The position numbers were made by a program, and so were the translations under genes. A stretch of DNA of 64,000 nucleotides from Scyliorhinus canicula (taxonomy: Eukaryota), in NCBI RefSeq assembly GCF_902713615.1, contig NC_052166.1, positions 1,984,001-2,048,000 of the forward strand, read 5' to 3'. Positions 13,059 through 24,924 of this stretch are shown in pieces (position 1 is the stretch's first letter; every line of letters begins with the position of its first letter). Under the pieces are notes generated by a model, which saw only the letters and a program-made list of their open reading frames with translations, was not told where the DNA came from and did no database searches.

Positions 13059-14170
13059 TCACATTTTGATATGATGAACTGGGAGGTCAGTTATTACTTG
13101 CAAAGTACAAATATAGGTGAGGTAGAGGAACAAAGGGATCATTGAGTACCAAAATACCAATCGCTAATGTGGCGACTAGGGGCTTTTCACAGTAACTTAA
13201 CTGAAGCCTACTTGTGACAATAAGCGATTATTATTATTATTACAGCACAGGTGAGCAAGACCATAAAAATAAAGCAAACCAAGAACTGGGTTTTATTTCT
13301 AGAAGGATAGAATTGAAAAGTCGCGAAGTGATACTAAATCTTGATCAAACCTCGGAGTGACCACACAAAGGGGACTGCATGGTGTTTTGATTGCCATATT
13401 ATGAAAATGAGATCGATGCTCAGAAAGTGCGGAGAAGATTAAGTGGTCCCAGAAATGCATGTGTGTACATATCAGGAAAGGATTGACAGGCTGAGTCTCT
13501 TTGCCCTTGAAAAGAGAAAGCTAAGGGGTGCTGACAAGTGAGATTAAAATAACCGGCTAGTTTCTTTTTTTCTCTTTTTGTCTGATGCAGACATGATGGG
13601 CTGAATGGCCTCTCTCTGCATCATACCTGTTCTGTGGTTCTAATCGAGGTCTTTGAAATTGTGAAAGGTTTTGATTGAGTGGATTTAGAGAGAATATTTC
13701 CTCTTGCGGGGAAGAACAGAATGAGAACACTCCCCAAGACATCCAATCGGAGATTCAGAAGACACTTCTTCAGCAAAAGCGGGGTGAGAAGGTGGAACTT
13801 GAAAAAGCAGGCAAATTGGAAAGGAGGCGATAGCCCTGAAAAAAAGAAATTACAGTAAGGACATTAGTGAGAAAGGATCTTGGTTCAGAAAAGCAGGAAG
13901 TAGAAACAGTAGGGAGATAGGAAATAATAATAGGCAGAAAACACTGGTAGATGTAGTTTACAAGCCCCCTTGTCATTAATTAAATTGTTGGGTAGAAAAT
14001 TAATCAAAAATAACAGATGATAATCTCATGGAAGACGTTAATCTCCATGTAGACTGTACAAATCAAATCAACAAAAGTAGGGTGGAGGGCAAGTACAGGG
14101 AATGAATTTAAGACAGTTTCCTGAAAAAGAAATAAGTTATGGAACTAACCAGGAAATCAGCTATGAGATA

Positions 14171-14999
14171 CGACAACAATCTCTCCCTTAATGCCAGCAA
14201 AACTAAAGAGCTTTTCATCGACTTCAGGAAGCATAGTACTGTACACACCCCTGTCAGCATCAACGGAGCCGAGGTAGAGATGGTGAGCAGTTTCAAATTC
14301 CTAGGGGTGCACATCACCAAAAATCTATCCTGGTCCACTCATGTCGACGCTATCACCAAGAAAGCACAACAGCGCCTTTACTTCCTCAGGAAACTAAGGA
14401 AATTTGGCATGTCCACATTAACCCTTACCAACTTTTACAGATGCACCATAGAAAGCATCCTATCGGGCTGCATCACAGCCTGGTATGGCAACTGCTCGGC
14501 CCAGGACCGCAAGGAACTTCAGAGAGTCGTGAATACCGCCCAGTCCATCACACGAACCTGCCTCCCATCCATTGATTCTATCTACACCTCCCGCTGCCGG
14601 GGGAAAGCAGGCAGCATAATCAAGGATCCCTCCCACCCGGCTTACTCACTTTTCCAACTTCTTCCATCGGGCAGGAGATTCAGAAGTCTGAGAACACGGA
14701 CGAACAGACTCAAAAACAGCTTCTTCCCCACTGTCACCAGACTCCTAAATGACCCTTTTATGGACTGTCCTCATTAACACTACACCCTGTCTGCTTCATC
14801 CGATGCCAATGCTTATGTAGTTACATTGTATATCTTGTGTTGCCCTATTATGTATTCTCATGTATTTTCTTGAATTCTGTTCAATTCCCTTTTCTTCCCA
14901 TGTACTGAATGATCTATTGAGCTGCTTGCAGAAAAATACTTTTCACTGTACCTCGGTACACGTGACAATAAACAAATCCATTCCAATCCAATCCAATCC
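14171..14999 (+). mobile_element. 5'-truncated Rex1/Babar LINE
   Basis: NNLSLNASKTKELFIDFRK, SFKFLGVHI, KKAQQRLYFLRKL; (CAATC)n tail; 5-bp TSD AGATA. Confidence 0.85.
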
Positions 15000-15214
15000 A
15001 GATAGGGTTAGTTAGAAATCTCATAGTAAAGAATCCTATGTAGAATGTCCACAATCTGATAGATTTTCACATTGAATTTGAGAGTGGTGTATGTATGTGT
15101 GAAATTAGAGTATTGAATTTAAATAATGTTAAATAAAAAAGAATGAAATGGCCAAGGTTGATTGGGAAATAAATAGCCACTGAATGGAAGTGCTTTAACT
15201 TTAGTACCCATGGA

Positions 15215-15545
15215 ATAGAACATAGAACATACAGTGCAGAAGGAGGCCATTCGGCCGATTGATCGCACCGACCCACTTAAGCCCTCACTTCCACCCTATC
15301 CCCATAACCCAATAACCCCTCCTAATCTTTGTGGAAACTAAGGGCAATTTATCATGGCCAATATATGCACCTGACCTGCACATCTTTGGACTGTGAGAGG
15401 AAACCGGATCACCCGGAGGAAACCCACGCACACACGAGGAGAACGTGCAGACTCTACACAGACAGTGACCCAGCGGGGAATCAAACCTGGGACCCTGGCG
15501 CTGTGAAGCCACAATGCTAACCACTGTGCTACCGTGCTGCCGCAC
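15215..15545 (-). mobile_element. HE1/V-SINE-like tRNA SINE
   Basis: Same family; lies about 70 bp inside the intron after the WA alpha1 donor. Confidence 0.75.
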
Positions 15546-15612
15546 TATGCTGCCATGCTGCCTCTGCTGTTACTGCAAGAAAAATTTTTAAAACTGTAAA
15601 TGAGTGACTTAC

Positions 15613-15885
15613 TGCTGATGATAGTTTTAGCATTTGTCAGCTTTATCATTTCTTCGGTGACGATTTGCAGTCGAGCATTGAACCCACGAGCCCTCTCTGT
15701 ATAATAAGTCACTTCCTCTTGACCCAGTTCCGCTATCCCGTCTGTCACATTCCCATTTAAAACAAACTTTTGTGCTCCATAATCATAGAACATAAAGGGA
15801 ATGGAATTTATATTGAAGATGTCAACATTTCTTTTTGAATTCGGTGTGTAGCTGTAGTACAGCTTTGCAGCAACAGATTCATATT
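15613..15885 (-). CDS. WA: MHC W-category alpha chain, exon 2 (alpha1 domain)
   Basis: 273-bp phase1-phase1 exon (ctag| ... A|gtaagt) inside ORF 15545..15907. Strand-rich N-half with FMFYD (cf. MHC F.R/F.D), then a long amphipathic helix EEVTYYTERARGFNARLQIVTEEMIKLTN. Confidence 0.85.
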
Positions 15886-17663
15886 CTAGACAGAGCAGAC
15901 AAATCACAAAATAAGGTTAGATGTTTATATTCATATTGCACCTAATCATGCTCTCCAAAACATGGCCAAAGTCTTCATTTAAATGGCAGTGACTACTAGT
16001 TATACACATGTACATTTTGTGCACAATTCGATCCCCAAACAACAAGTGAGCTGAATGACCCATTCGTCCATTTTGTGGTTTTGTGGCTTGAAGGAGGAAT
16101 GTTGGCCAGGATACCAGAACACCTCCCTGATTCTTTTCTACTAGTGCCATGGGATCTTTAGCACTTGCCTGAACAAGTGGACACCTGAAATTCATGTTTG
16201 ATATTATCAACTCTGATAGTGCAGCAACCCCTCAATGGGCGGAATTCTACCAACCTACCTGCGGCGGGTTTGGTGGTAGGTCAGAGTGGAGAATCTGACG
16301 TGAGGCAAAATGTTGGCAACCCACAGGCGTAAAATTTGCATTCATTTGCAGACCGCATTCTCATTAAAACAGCTGGCCATCAGCATCTTGTCAGGCCTTT
16401 CAAACTTGCGTCAAGCCAACAAGAAATTACACTGACATCAAACCTGATTACTAATGAGTTGTGTGCAAAAGGCCAGAGAATTTGGGGTAAGTGAACCAAC
16501 TTTCTGTCAGAGTGCTGTTCTGCTCCTGGTATGCTGTACACCTCTGCCAGGGCAAACCAGTCCCTGCCTACATCTCCATGCTGAACTAATCGTCATAGAC
16601 AACAACATGCTGATAGACCCATGGACCCTCCCAGTCAGATCGCTGTTGTGCCTGGGGTTGAGGAATACCGGGGTCTTCTTGACCCTGATGCCACACACCT
16701 GTGTCGATCTGGACAGCACTGTGCTGTGGGACGCACGCTACCATATAAGGTGAGGCCAGGGAGTGGGAGGGAGCTGTGGCCTAACAAAATCAAAGGGAGA
16801 AATGTGGAAGTAGGGCTGTGCAAGGGAGTTGCGGAAAAGGATAAAAGCTCATCATGGTGCACAGAGAGGCAAGGAGGTGGATTAAGATGAAAGGCAAAGG
16901 GAAGACTGAGAATGAGAAACTGGACCCTGCCAAGCCTGCTTGAACAGCTCACAAACAAGGGGATCAAAGGGATAGCACACTATTTACTGGAAGGGTCAGG
17001 ATGAAGATTCCAAGTTCAGGTGGGGCATGGGCCCTTCACAGCTGTTAGGCTGGGGGTTGGAGGGGGTTGAAATGGTGGTTGAATTGAGGAACAGACTTCT
17101 TCTTGAGGTTGCTAGCCTCAACCAGCAACCTTGTTTCCCTCTAGGTTGTTGACTTCCTGCATGGTTTGGTGGGTAAGTGGGCTAGAGTGTGATATAAGTG
17201 TGTTGGGCTGGTTTTTAAATATGGCGCCAGGTTCTTCAAACCCACTGACTAATGGCGGGTGGATGAATCAACTGTTGGCCCACCAGATCACTGAGAGAGA
17301 AATGTACTTGTGCATAATTAATGATTTTCCAGATTCAGAACCTGGTGCAGTGTCCTGCTATTGTGGCCAGTGGGTCAGGCACTGCTGGAACTGCCCGCCA
17401 CCGCACTTAGTCTCGAAATGGAAGAATTCTATCTGACTGTCAGTTATGGACCTCAGTCAGGGTGCACATCTTAAATCTACAACCCGTGAATGAGGGAAAC
17501 AGCATCGTACAAATTACGCTCCAGATCAGAGAGACAGAAATATTCTACATACAGCAAGTCTGATTCTGAACAAAGAACTATTTTCAAATCATTAGATTGG
17601 AACAAAATTTTGAAATAACAGCTGGTATTCTTTGCTGGTAGTTTTACTAAATTCAGAAACATT

Positions 17664-18265
17664 GGGCTGGATTCTCCGATTTTGAGGATATGTCCCCACG
17701 CAGATGTGGGAAGAATGGGGTTTTACGACGGAAACAATGTTGTAAAATGGCCACCGATCCTCCGTTGGCCAGAGGCCAGCATGTCGGCAACGTAGAGTAC
17801 CCAGCTCTAGCTGCCAATACAGCACAGAGAATTGCCAGGTCTGTGGCCGCGCATGCACATGGCGGCGGCCGATTGCGGACCCGGCCCGCAAAATACTCCC
17901 ACCCCCTTTGGCTGGCTCGCGTTCTCCAGATCACCCACCACAGTGCCCCCAGCCCTGGTAATGTCCACCCTGCCCACGGATCGGCCCTCCCCCAACTGCG
18001 GCAGTGCTGAACTGAGTCCGCAGCCGCCACGCCAATTCCCGATGGATTAAACCACACGCGACCGGCTCCGGCAGGAATTCGGCCGGTTAGGGGCGGAGCA
18101 TCGGGGGCGGGCCTCAGGCAATGTCCTGAGACTGTCACACGCCATATTTTCCGAGTATGCCACTTTGGAGGGGGAAGAGCATCACAAAAACGCCGTTGTA
18201 CTCGATTTGGTCGGGAACTGTGATTCTCTGGCTGATCGCCGAATGCCAACCGGAGAATCCAACCC
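17664..18265. mobile_element. Harbinger-type MITE
   Basis: 15-bp TIRs GGGCTGGATTCTCCG / GGGTTGGATTCTCCG (14/15), 3-bp TSD ATT. Confidence 0.8.
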
Positions 18266-18665
18266 ATTAACTCTGAAGGTCAGAATCATGAGACTCACCC
18301 TACAATGCTGAATTATGTAGCTCCTATTCAGTCAGATATAAACAGACACAAAACATTTCATTCCCATTTCTTCATCCACCCACTTGATTCTTTCAAATTT
18401 ACAACAATTTGAAGGATCTCCGAATGTTGACTTTCCTTCCATTGGTTAGGGTTCAATTGGAATCCAAAATCCTTCCTAAGGCGAAAGCTTAATTTAGTTT
18501 GGATCTTACTTGGGGTAATTTTACTCGGGCTCCCCAGCTCAAGAAAGTGGCAGCTCAGAGATTGGAATAGAAAACTACAAGACCAATTCTGGAACACAAC
18601 CTCCACAGCAAGAGTTCAGGTCCCAAACTCCCCTCCTCCGCAGTGTGTCCCCACAATACACTCAC

Positions 18666-18729
18666 CAATCTCTGCTCTCGTTACTGCTGTCAGTGAGGAG
18701 ATGATTATTAGGCAGCTCCAGAGTTCCAT
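18666..18729 (-). CDS. WA: MHC W-category alpha chain, exon 1 (signal peptide MELWSCLIIISSLTAVTRAEI)
   Basis: ATG at 18729, 21 codons + 1 nt, hydrophobic leader, phase-1 donor G|gtgag; joins in frame to the alpha1 exon. Too short for the ORF track. Confidence 0.85.
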
Positions 18730-18913
18730 GTTGAGAAATTACCGTCTGTTTCTCCAGGATCTCTCAATCAATGTGAATGGAGACTGAGTGTAACTCGGCA
18801 CATTGATCGATGTAACTGCGCTGTGATTCAAGAATGTAACTCAATCTCACCACCCAGTCTCATCATCAGAGGCTCATTTCACAACCTGTCATTTCAACAG
18901 ATTTCTTTACAAG

Positions 18914-18934
18914 CCTCATTAATCTGTTACTTGG
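18914..18934 (-). promoter_or_regulatory. X1/X2-box-like element upstream of WA
   Basis: Minus strand CCAAGTAACAGAT-TAATGAGG resembles the MHC X1 (RFX) box CCTAGCAACAGATG, about 185-205 bp upstream of the WA ATG. No clean Y box at the expected spacing. Confidence 0.35.
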
Positions 18935-19003
18935 CACCAGTTCAGCAGTTGAACCAGCTTTTCAGGAAACAGTTTAAATGCATTTACCGAAGCAACAAAC
19001 AAT

Positions 19004-19626
19004 GTGCGGGCTTCTCTGTTCCCCGACACCGATTTCGTAATCGACGATCGGGCGGAGAATCCCTTTTGATGCTGAAATCGGGGGCAGCACCTGTTTGGCC
19101 CATGTTGTGTATGCTCTGCCCCCTCCAAAACAGCGTCACCATGGCGTGCGCTGCACGCTGTTGGGATGGCTTCAGCGTGTCACCTGAAGGCCCTCACCCG
19201 ATGCTCCGACCACTCGTATACGTGTGGTCTCAGCCGTGCAGGAACCCGGTGTGGCAGCTACAGACTGTGTCCAGCCCTGCACAGTTGGCAGGAGCCATGC
19301 TGCTGTTGGGGGGGGGGGGGGGGGGGGGGGGGGGCTTCCACAAGGGCTTGGGGTGGCCAGGCGGGTCACCATCTGGTTGGTCGGATCCGTGCATGGCCGG
19401 CGCCAGGCTTTACGGCACAACCACTGCAGGTCGTTGCCGTGCGCATGTGCGGCCACGGACCTGCCCATTCTCTGGCTGTTTATTTAGTGGAGGCCGGGGG
19501 TTTTACGTGGCACCGCTGCTAGCCCCTCACTGGTCGCAGGATTGGTGAGAAGGAGGTGCTGATTTTTTTTCACGTAAAACGCCACAGATCCTCCACACTC
19601 AGCCTCAGAAACGGAGAATCTAGCCC
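19004..19626. mobile_element. Harbinger-type MITE in the WA-WB intergenic region
   Basis: Right TIR CGGAGAATCTAGCCC, degenerate left TIR, flanks AAT/AAC. Confidence 0.6.
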
Positions 19627-20434
19627 AACATATCCTGGAAGTAACCACCTCTGTTTGGAGAAGGATAGGTGGGGCTGGAGTGGGAGAAGGTGCAGTGTTA
19701 GGATTGGAATGAGGTCTGATGGGGTTAGAGTACGAGACAAATGGCTTATAGTGGGGGGTGTGGTAGTTTGGTGTGTTCTATCAAGGGAGGATGGAAAGGC
19801 ATGGGACAGATAGGCAACTAAGAGGATTTTGTAGAAGCTTTTAAAAGACGAATGAAAGCTACTAAGATGAAAGGACTTCCGAAGTGTGGGAGTTTGGTGG
19901 CTGGGTGTATGGGAGGGAGGAGAATAAGAACTGTGGACAGCCAGCAAGCTCCAGAAAAATGGAGGAGCAAGTGGCAGGATAAACCTCAACATAGTGGGAC
20001 TTGGAGAAACTGGGAAAATTATTTTCACTAATGGATCTTTGCAGTTATACAGTTAGACATCTTTCAGCTCTTTTTGGTCTGGAATTTGCAGCTCAGCTGT
20101 GAAGCGTCTCATCACAGAGCAATGCTGAATTTCTGTCTCCCCCAGTCAGGCATTGGGTTGCCTGGAGCCTATTGGGCAGAATTCCAATGCCCTGTGATGA
20201 TTCTACCTCTCCACTCCTTATTAACCCTAGAATCCCTACAGTGCAGAAGGCGGCCATTTGGCCCATCAAGTCTGCACCCATCCTCTTATTAATGAGGCTG
20301 GGTGATTGGTCAGTTATCGATTGTGTCCTGGTCAGACTATCACAGGAAGCTGATTTCTTGGGACTTAATAACTAGATCCCAAAGAGCCTACACTATTAAT
20401 TCAGTTAGATTTAGCATAGTTAAATGCAAAAAGA

Positions 20435-20606
20435 GTAATGGGATTCTCCGTGGGCAGGATCCTTTGCTTCACCGGCAGCAAACCCACGCCAGTTTCCCGA
20501 CAGAATGGAAAACCACATTAACCGGCTGCTGAGACAGAGGATGCCACTGCTGGTGGGGGCATGCCGCTCCGGAAAATGGGGCTGGCAGGGCGGAGAATCC
20601 CATCCC
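20435..20606. mobile_element. Short Harbinger-type MITE in the WA-WB intergenic region
   Basis: Inverted ATGGGATTCTCCG / CGGAGAATCCCAT ends. Confidence 0.6.
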
Positions 20607-21057
20607 AGGTTTTTAAAATAATCATGCCTTCACCCACCATCCCCAGTTCCTTCACTGTCGCCAGATCAAAATCCTGGAACTCCATCCCTAACAGCACTGT
20701 GGATGCACCTGCACCACACGGGACTGCAGCGGGTTCAAGAAGGCAGCTTACCCCTGAAAATATGTCCCAGATTGACACACACACATCATTCTTCATTAAA
20801 GGGTGTCTGCCAGTCAGTATTTATGATGAGACCATCCCTTTAAGGGAGACAATCCCTTTAATGGAAATTTGTGAAAAGCATGAGGATGACTAAGATCATT
20901 CTCTGCCAAATTGACGTTATCTAAAAAACCTCATCGAAATGTGTCTGTGGGTGGAGTCAGTCATCTTTGTGCCTGAGGAATTCAAAGCAAGTGTAAGTAA
21001 ACTCCTCTCTTTAATCAGACTCACTTCTCCTCCAGCTTGGAAATTTGTCCTTTCAAG

Positions 21058-21139
21058 ATGTCAGTTCTCTACAGATGGCTCTTTGTGGCTGTTGCTGCAA
21101 CAGTTGCTTCTGTTCTGGATTTGGTGGATTGTTCTACTG
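21058..21139 (+). CDS. WB: MHC W-category beta chain, exon 1 (signal peptide MSVLYRWLFVAVAATVASVLDLVDCST)
   Basis: ATG at 21058 (context AAGATG), 27 codons + 1 nt, hydrophobic core, strong donor G|gtaagt; in frame with the beta1 exon. Confidence 0.85.
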
Positions 21140-21271
21140 GTAAGTGGGCTCATTTACGCTCCCTCATTTTAATGTTCCACCTGGGAGGTTTTGACAAAGT
21201 ACATCGAGGAGAAACTATAACATCCAATGATTCAGTACTCGGAGAGTTGTCAGGATGTAGCATACTCCTAT

Positions 21272-21600
21272 GTAACACGGTAGCACAAGTGGACAGCACT
21301 GTGGCTTCACAGCGCCAGGGTCCCAGGTTCGATTTCCCCGCTGGGTAACTGTCTGTGCGGAGTCTGCACTTTCTCCCCATATCTGCATGGGTTTCCTCCT
21401 GGTGCTCCGGTTTCCTCCCATAGTCCAAAGATCAGCGGGTTACGTAGATTGGCCATGCTAAATTGCCCTTAGTCACCAAAAAAGTTAGATGGGATTATTG
21501 GGTTTCGGGGATAGGGTGGAAGTGAGGGCTTAAGTGGGTCTGTGCAGACTCGATGGGCCAAATGGCCTCCTTCTGCACTGTATGTCCTATGCTCTATGCT
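21272..21600 (+). mobile_element. HE1/V-SINE-like tRNA SINE
   Basis: A box (TAGCACAAGTGG), B box (GGTTCGATT), conserved core and (CTATG)n tail. Confidence 0.8.
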
Positions 21601-22011
21601 CCACCAGAATCAGTGATGGAATCAGAACCCCAAATTATTTTTAAAATGGTAAGTGAGTTCAACTTGCAGGAGGAGGAAAGAGAAGCCAATGTGAAGAGAA
21701 TAGGGGAATGTGACTGTGGAAAGAGCTTTCAGATGTGATGAACTGAATGGTCTCCTCTGGTCTCCAGAGTCTATCTCTGATTATCTATCATGGATTTCCA
21801 ACCATGATGAATTGTTGCTAAATTGATATGCACCATCTCTATTTTATGCTCGAGGACGGCCACAGTGCTTGTTAGATTTTCTAAATTATTATTGTAATTA
21901 TTATTAATTAATTATAAGTAGTAATTGAGTATTTGATTGTGTTCAGATGGTGAATATTAACTCCAGATTTACTTGTGCTCATACACACACTCATATATAT
22001 ATATATATAAT

Positions 22012-22898
22012 GGGCAGGTTTCTCCGTTTGAGAGACTAAAGCTCGTCTCTGGGACTGAGTCGCATGTGATTTGCGTTTCCTTTGGTGGTGCTATTTGGTA
22101 AGCAAGTCAGAACTTGCTTTCAGGACCAGCCCACTGCGAGGCCTCTGTTCTGAGAGGGGCAGAGAACCAGGTAGGGCTCCAAAGACCATGGTACATGTGT
22201 CCTCTGGTTGGGGTTAGTTCTGCTGATCCCTTGCTTCCTCTGCATTGGAGCAGTGCTTTTGAGGTGTGCCAACACCTGGTATGCCCCTGATTGAGCTTGG
22301 TCATACCCATGCTCAACGCCTTGATGAAACAGCTGGGTATGAGGCTGTCCAGAGGGCCAACCTGGGTTGGCTCCCACATGACCAGAGTTTCCCTCTGCAC
22401 TCAAAAGACGCAGGCAGCACTCAGCAGTGTGAGCAGTCAGGAGCCTCTAAGTAGCCAAAAGGGTGCATTTAAAAGACAGACTACAGTAATGGCAGACTGA
22501 GCCAGGCAAACCGATTCTGAGGGGTGCCAAGTCACTCCCCACTACTGCCCCATCCCGGGCAGTCACTCCCTAGCAACCCTATCAAATTTGAAGGGTTTTC
22601 GGTGTTTTTCGCCTCCCACTCCCCTTCTGCAGCCATGGTGCCCAGGCCCCGCTTCTCAATATTTACACTAATTCACGCCTAAAAGGGGTGAAGCATCGTG
22701 GAAGGGTGGAGCATACTGTGTCCAAGCCGCTGATGATATTAAAATCCATGCAAATGACGGTTTGGCGGACGCAAAATTAAATATCACTGCCAGTGAGGGA
22801 CCGCATGCCAGGCACAAACCTCGATATTTCAATTTCATGCAATTCCATACCCGATCACGATTTGCGCTTCTGACATCGCGTAGCGGAGAATTCGGTCC
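22012..22898. mobile_element. Harbinger-type non-autonomous element
   Basis: Imperfect TIRs ending TTCTCCG / CGGAGAA, 3-bp TSD AAT. Confidence 0.65.
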
Positions 22899-23591
22899 AA
22901 TATATATGAGCGTGTATACAGGAACTTAATAACTTGATGAGAAATATTATTATTTTAAATATTTTTGAGGTCTATTGTGTTATTCTGTGAAGCAGTCTTG
23001 TTGGTCTGTGTGTGTGAAAATGATTTATGTAAACTGAAGCCAAATTGTCTGCAAGGCTTTGAGACATGAAAAGAGTAGGCATTAAAGGCCTACTCTGAAG
23101 TAGGTATGGCCAAGTAAATTTTCCACAAGTAAACAAGCAGTGGGTGGAAATTTGCATTTGGGGTTTGGATTTTCAGTTGTGAAATTTCAAGGTGGAGTAA
23201 TTTATTAATTGGAAAAGGTCATCAATAAATAAGGAATGGTTATTTAATTTATTTGACTCAAAACTGGGGGCAATAGGAGAACATGAAATACTTTTATAAT
23301 TTTTGAAAAGTTAAGTTGAAAGAGGTGCTAAGGACAATGGAATCAAAGTTGAGAGAGAAAAATGATTTTTAAGGAGAGAGGTTGAGCTGTTTTGGTGGTA
23401 GCTATGTGAGACTGCTTCGAGTACAGCACTGTGTGGGGAAGAGGGTGCCTAGAGGGTGTTTACCTGTGTGTCTAACTAAGTTTTATTTTCTTTCATTTAA
23501 AAATGTTTTAAAATCCCCAAAGTATAATTTGAATTTGCGGCTTTTGAAATCAGGAGGCTTTTCTTTTCATTGTCAGAATTTAAAACCAAGA

Positions 23592-23765
23592 GGGTCAATT
23601 CTCCGCCTCCCCGTGTTGCTCAGCAGCACGCCGTTGCTGGCAGCGTGATTCTCTCCTTCCTGCCAATGGGATTTGCCATTGTGGCCACCTCACGCCACTG
23701 AGAAACCCGTGGCCAGGGTTGCACCGCCTGTGGAACGGGGAATTCCTCGGATGGAGAATTCACCC
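23592..23765. mobile_element. Short Harbinger-type MITE
   Basis: GGGTCAATTCTCC ... GGAGAATTCACCC inverted ends. Confidence 0.6.
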
Positions 23766-24376
23766 AAAGGTTGTGGTTTGTGAGCCAAGTTTCCCTTTGG
23801 GATTTGTTTGCACAGCAATTATCATCTCCTGGATCATAACAAGAGATATACAAGACCAGACTGAAGCTATGATTGTTGGGTTAGGAGGTGCATGCTTGGA
23901 GTTTGAATGTCTGTAAATGAAACCTTATAAAATATATAAGGATTATAAAAGTTATATATCATTCACCATCTGGTTTTCTGGAATAGAACAAGCCACCAAC
24001 TTATATTGCGCTAGACTCCTTCTCCTTAAAAAAAATTGTAAAGACTGTAAATACCTCACTCACCCTCAGTCGCAATCCTATTGAGCTACATCTTCCCCAC
24101 TGCCCTACCCCCACTATCCACTGAACCATCTTTCTTTTCTGTAAGCTATACGAGTTGCAGGGTACTGAATGGATGCACTTCACTGTACATAGAACAGAAA
24201 CTATGAACATGGCATAATAAGCGCTTGTATAATCTGATTTACCATGAGCATTGAATGGCACAGGAGATTCATGTTTCCGATTTACAACTACTCAGGTCAG
24301 GTCCTGATACAAAACCTGGGTGGAAGATAGTTGCTTTTAATTTCCGTTTCTCTGATCTTCTGTATTTTTCTTTCAG

Positions 24377-24649
24377 ATTTGCATCTTTTCCACGTGCAAT
24401 GTGAATGCATCTTTAATGGTAATAAAGCAACCAATTTTTCTTGGCAAGATGGTTACGATGGAATTACTATTTTGTACTATGATTTCACAAACACAAAATT
24501 TGTTGCGGTTCAATCTATTGCACAAGCTGAGGTCGATAGGCGGAACTCAGACACATTTTATATTGCATCTGTTCCACGCCGTATCGAGGGCCTCTGCAAC
24601 AAGATTAAACAAACAGCTATAACAAGCAGCTTCAGCGTGGAAAAAATGG
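24377..24649 (+). CDS. WB: MHC W-category beta chain, exon 2 (beta1 domain)
   Basis: 273-bp phase1-phase1 exon (tttctttcag| ... G|gtaaga). Candidate disulfide Cys in QCEC and EGLC; class I alpha2-like QDGYDG and IEGLC motifs. Confidence 0.9.
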
Positions 24650-24924
24650 GTAAGAGACTTCATATCACTAGCAATTTGCCTTTAATTAAATAACTCAAAG
24701 TACTGTACCCAGAGAGAGGAGGGAGGACGGCGAGGGAGTGAACAGAAAGTTCAACAGAAATATGCTTTCAAAGTTAGGTATTGGAGTTTGACATGGTAGA
24801 GTTTGGGAAGAGAATGCCAGAAAATTCAAAAATGACAATGGAATGATGGGCCACTAATGCTGGACAGCAGGAATGAGTGGGTAAATCTAGATTTACAACC
24901 CTCCATCCTAACAAACATGTCCAG

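Larger units (their letters stand above)
11465..13800 (+). mobile_element. Degenerate CR1 RT region with nested SINEs and a Penelope-like fragment
   Basis: IFPENWRKANVIPIFK..GN / LVSLTSVVGK split by the SINE at 11612-11955; further RT-like fragments to about 13800. Confidence 0.65.

Noticed and set aside
20288-20309. 12-bp inverted match (ATTAATGAGGCT) to the WA X2-like site, followed by GATTGG, as a mirrored WB S-X-Y module
   Set aside because: A 12-bp match within 2.3 kb is plausible by chance, the X2-Y spacing is only about 4 bp, and it is about 750 bp from the WB ATG.
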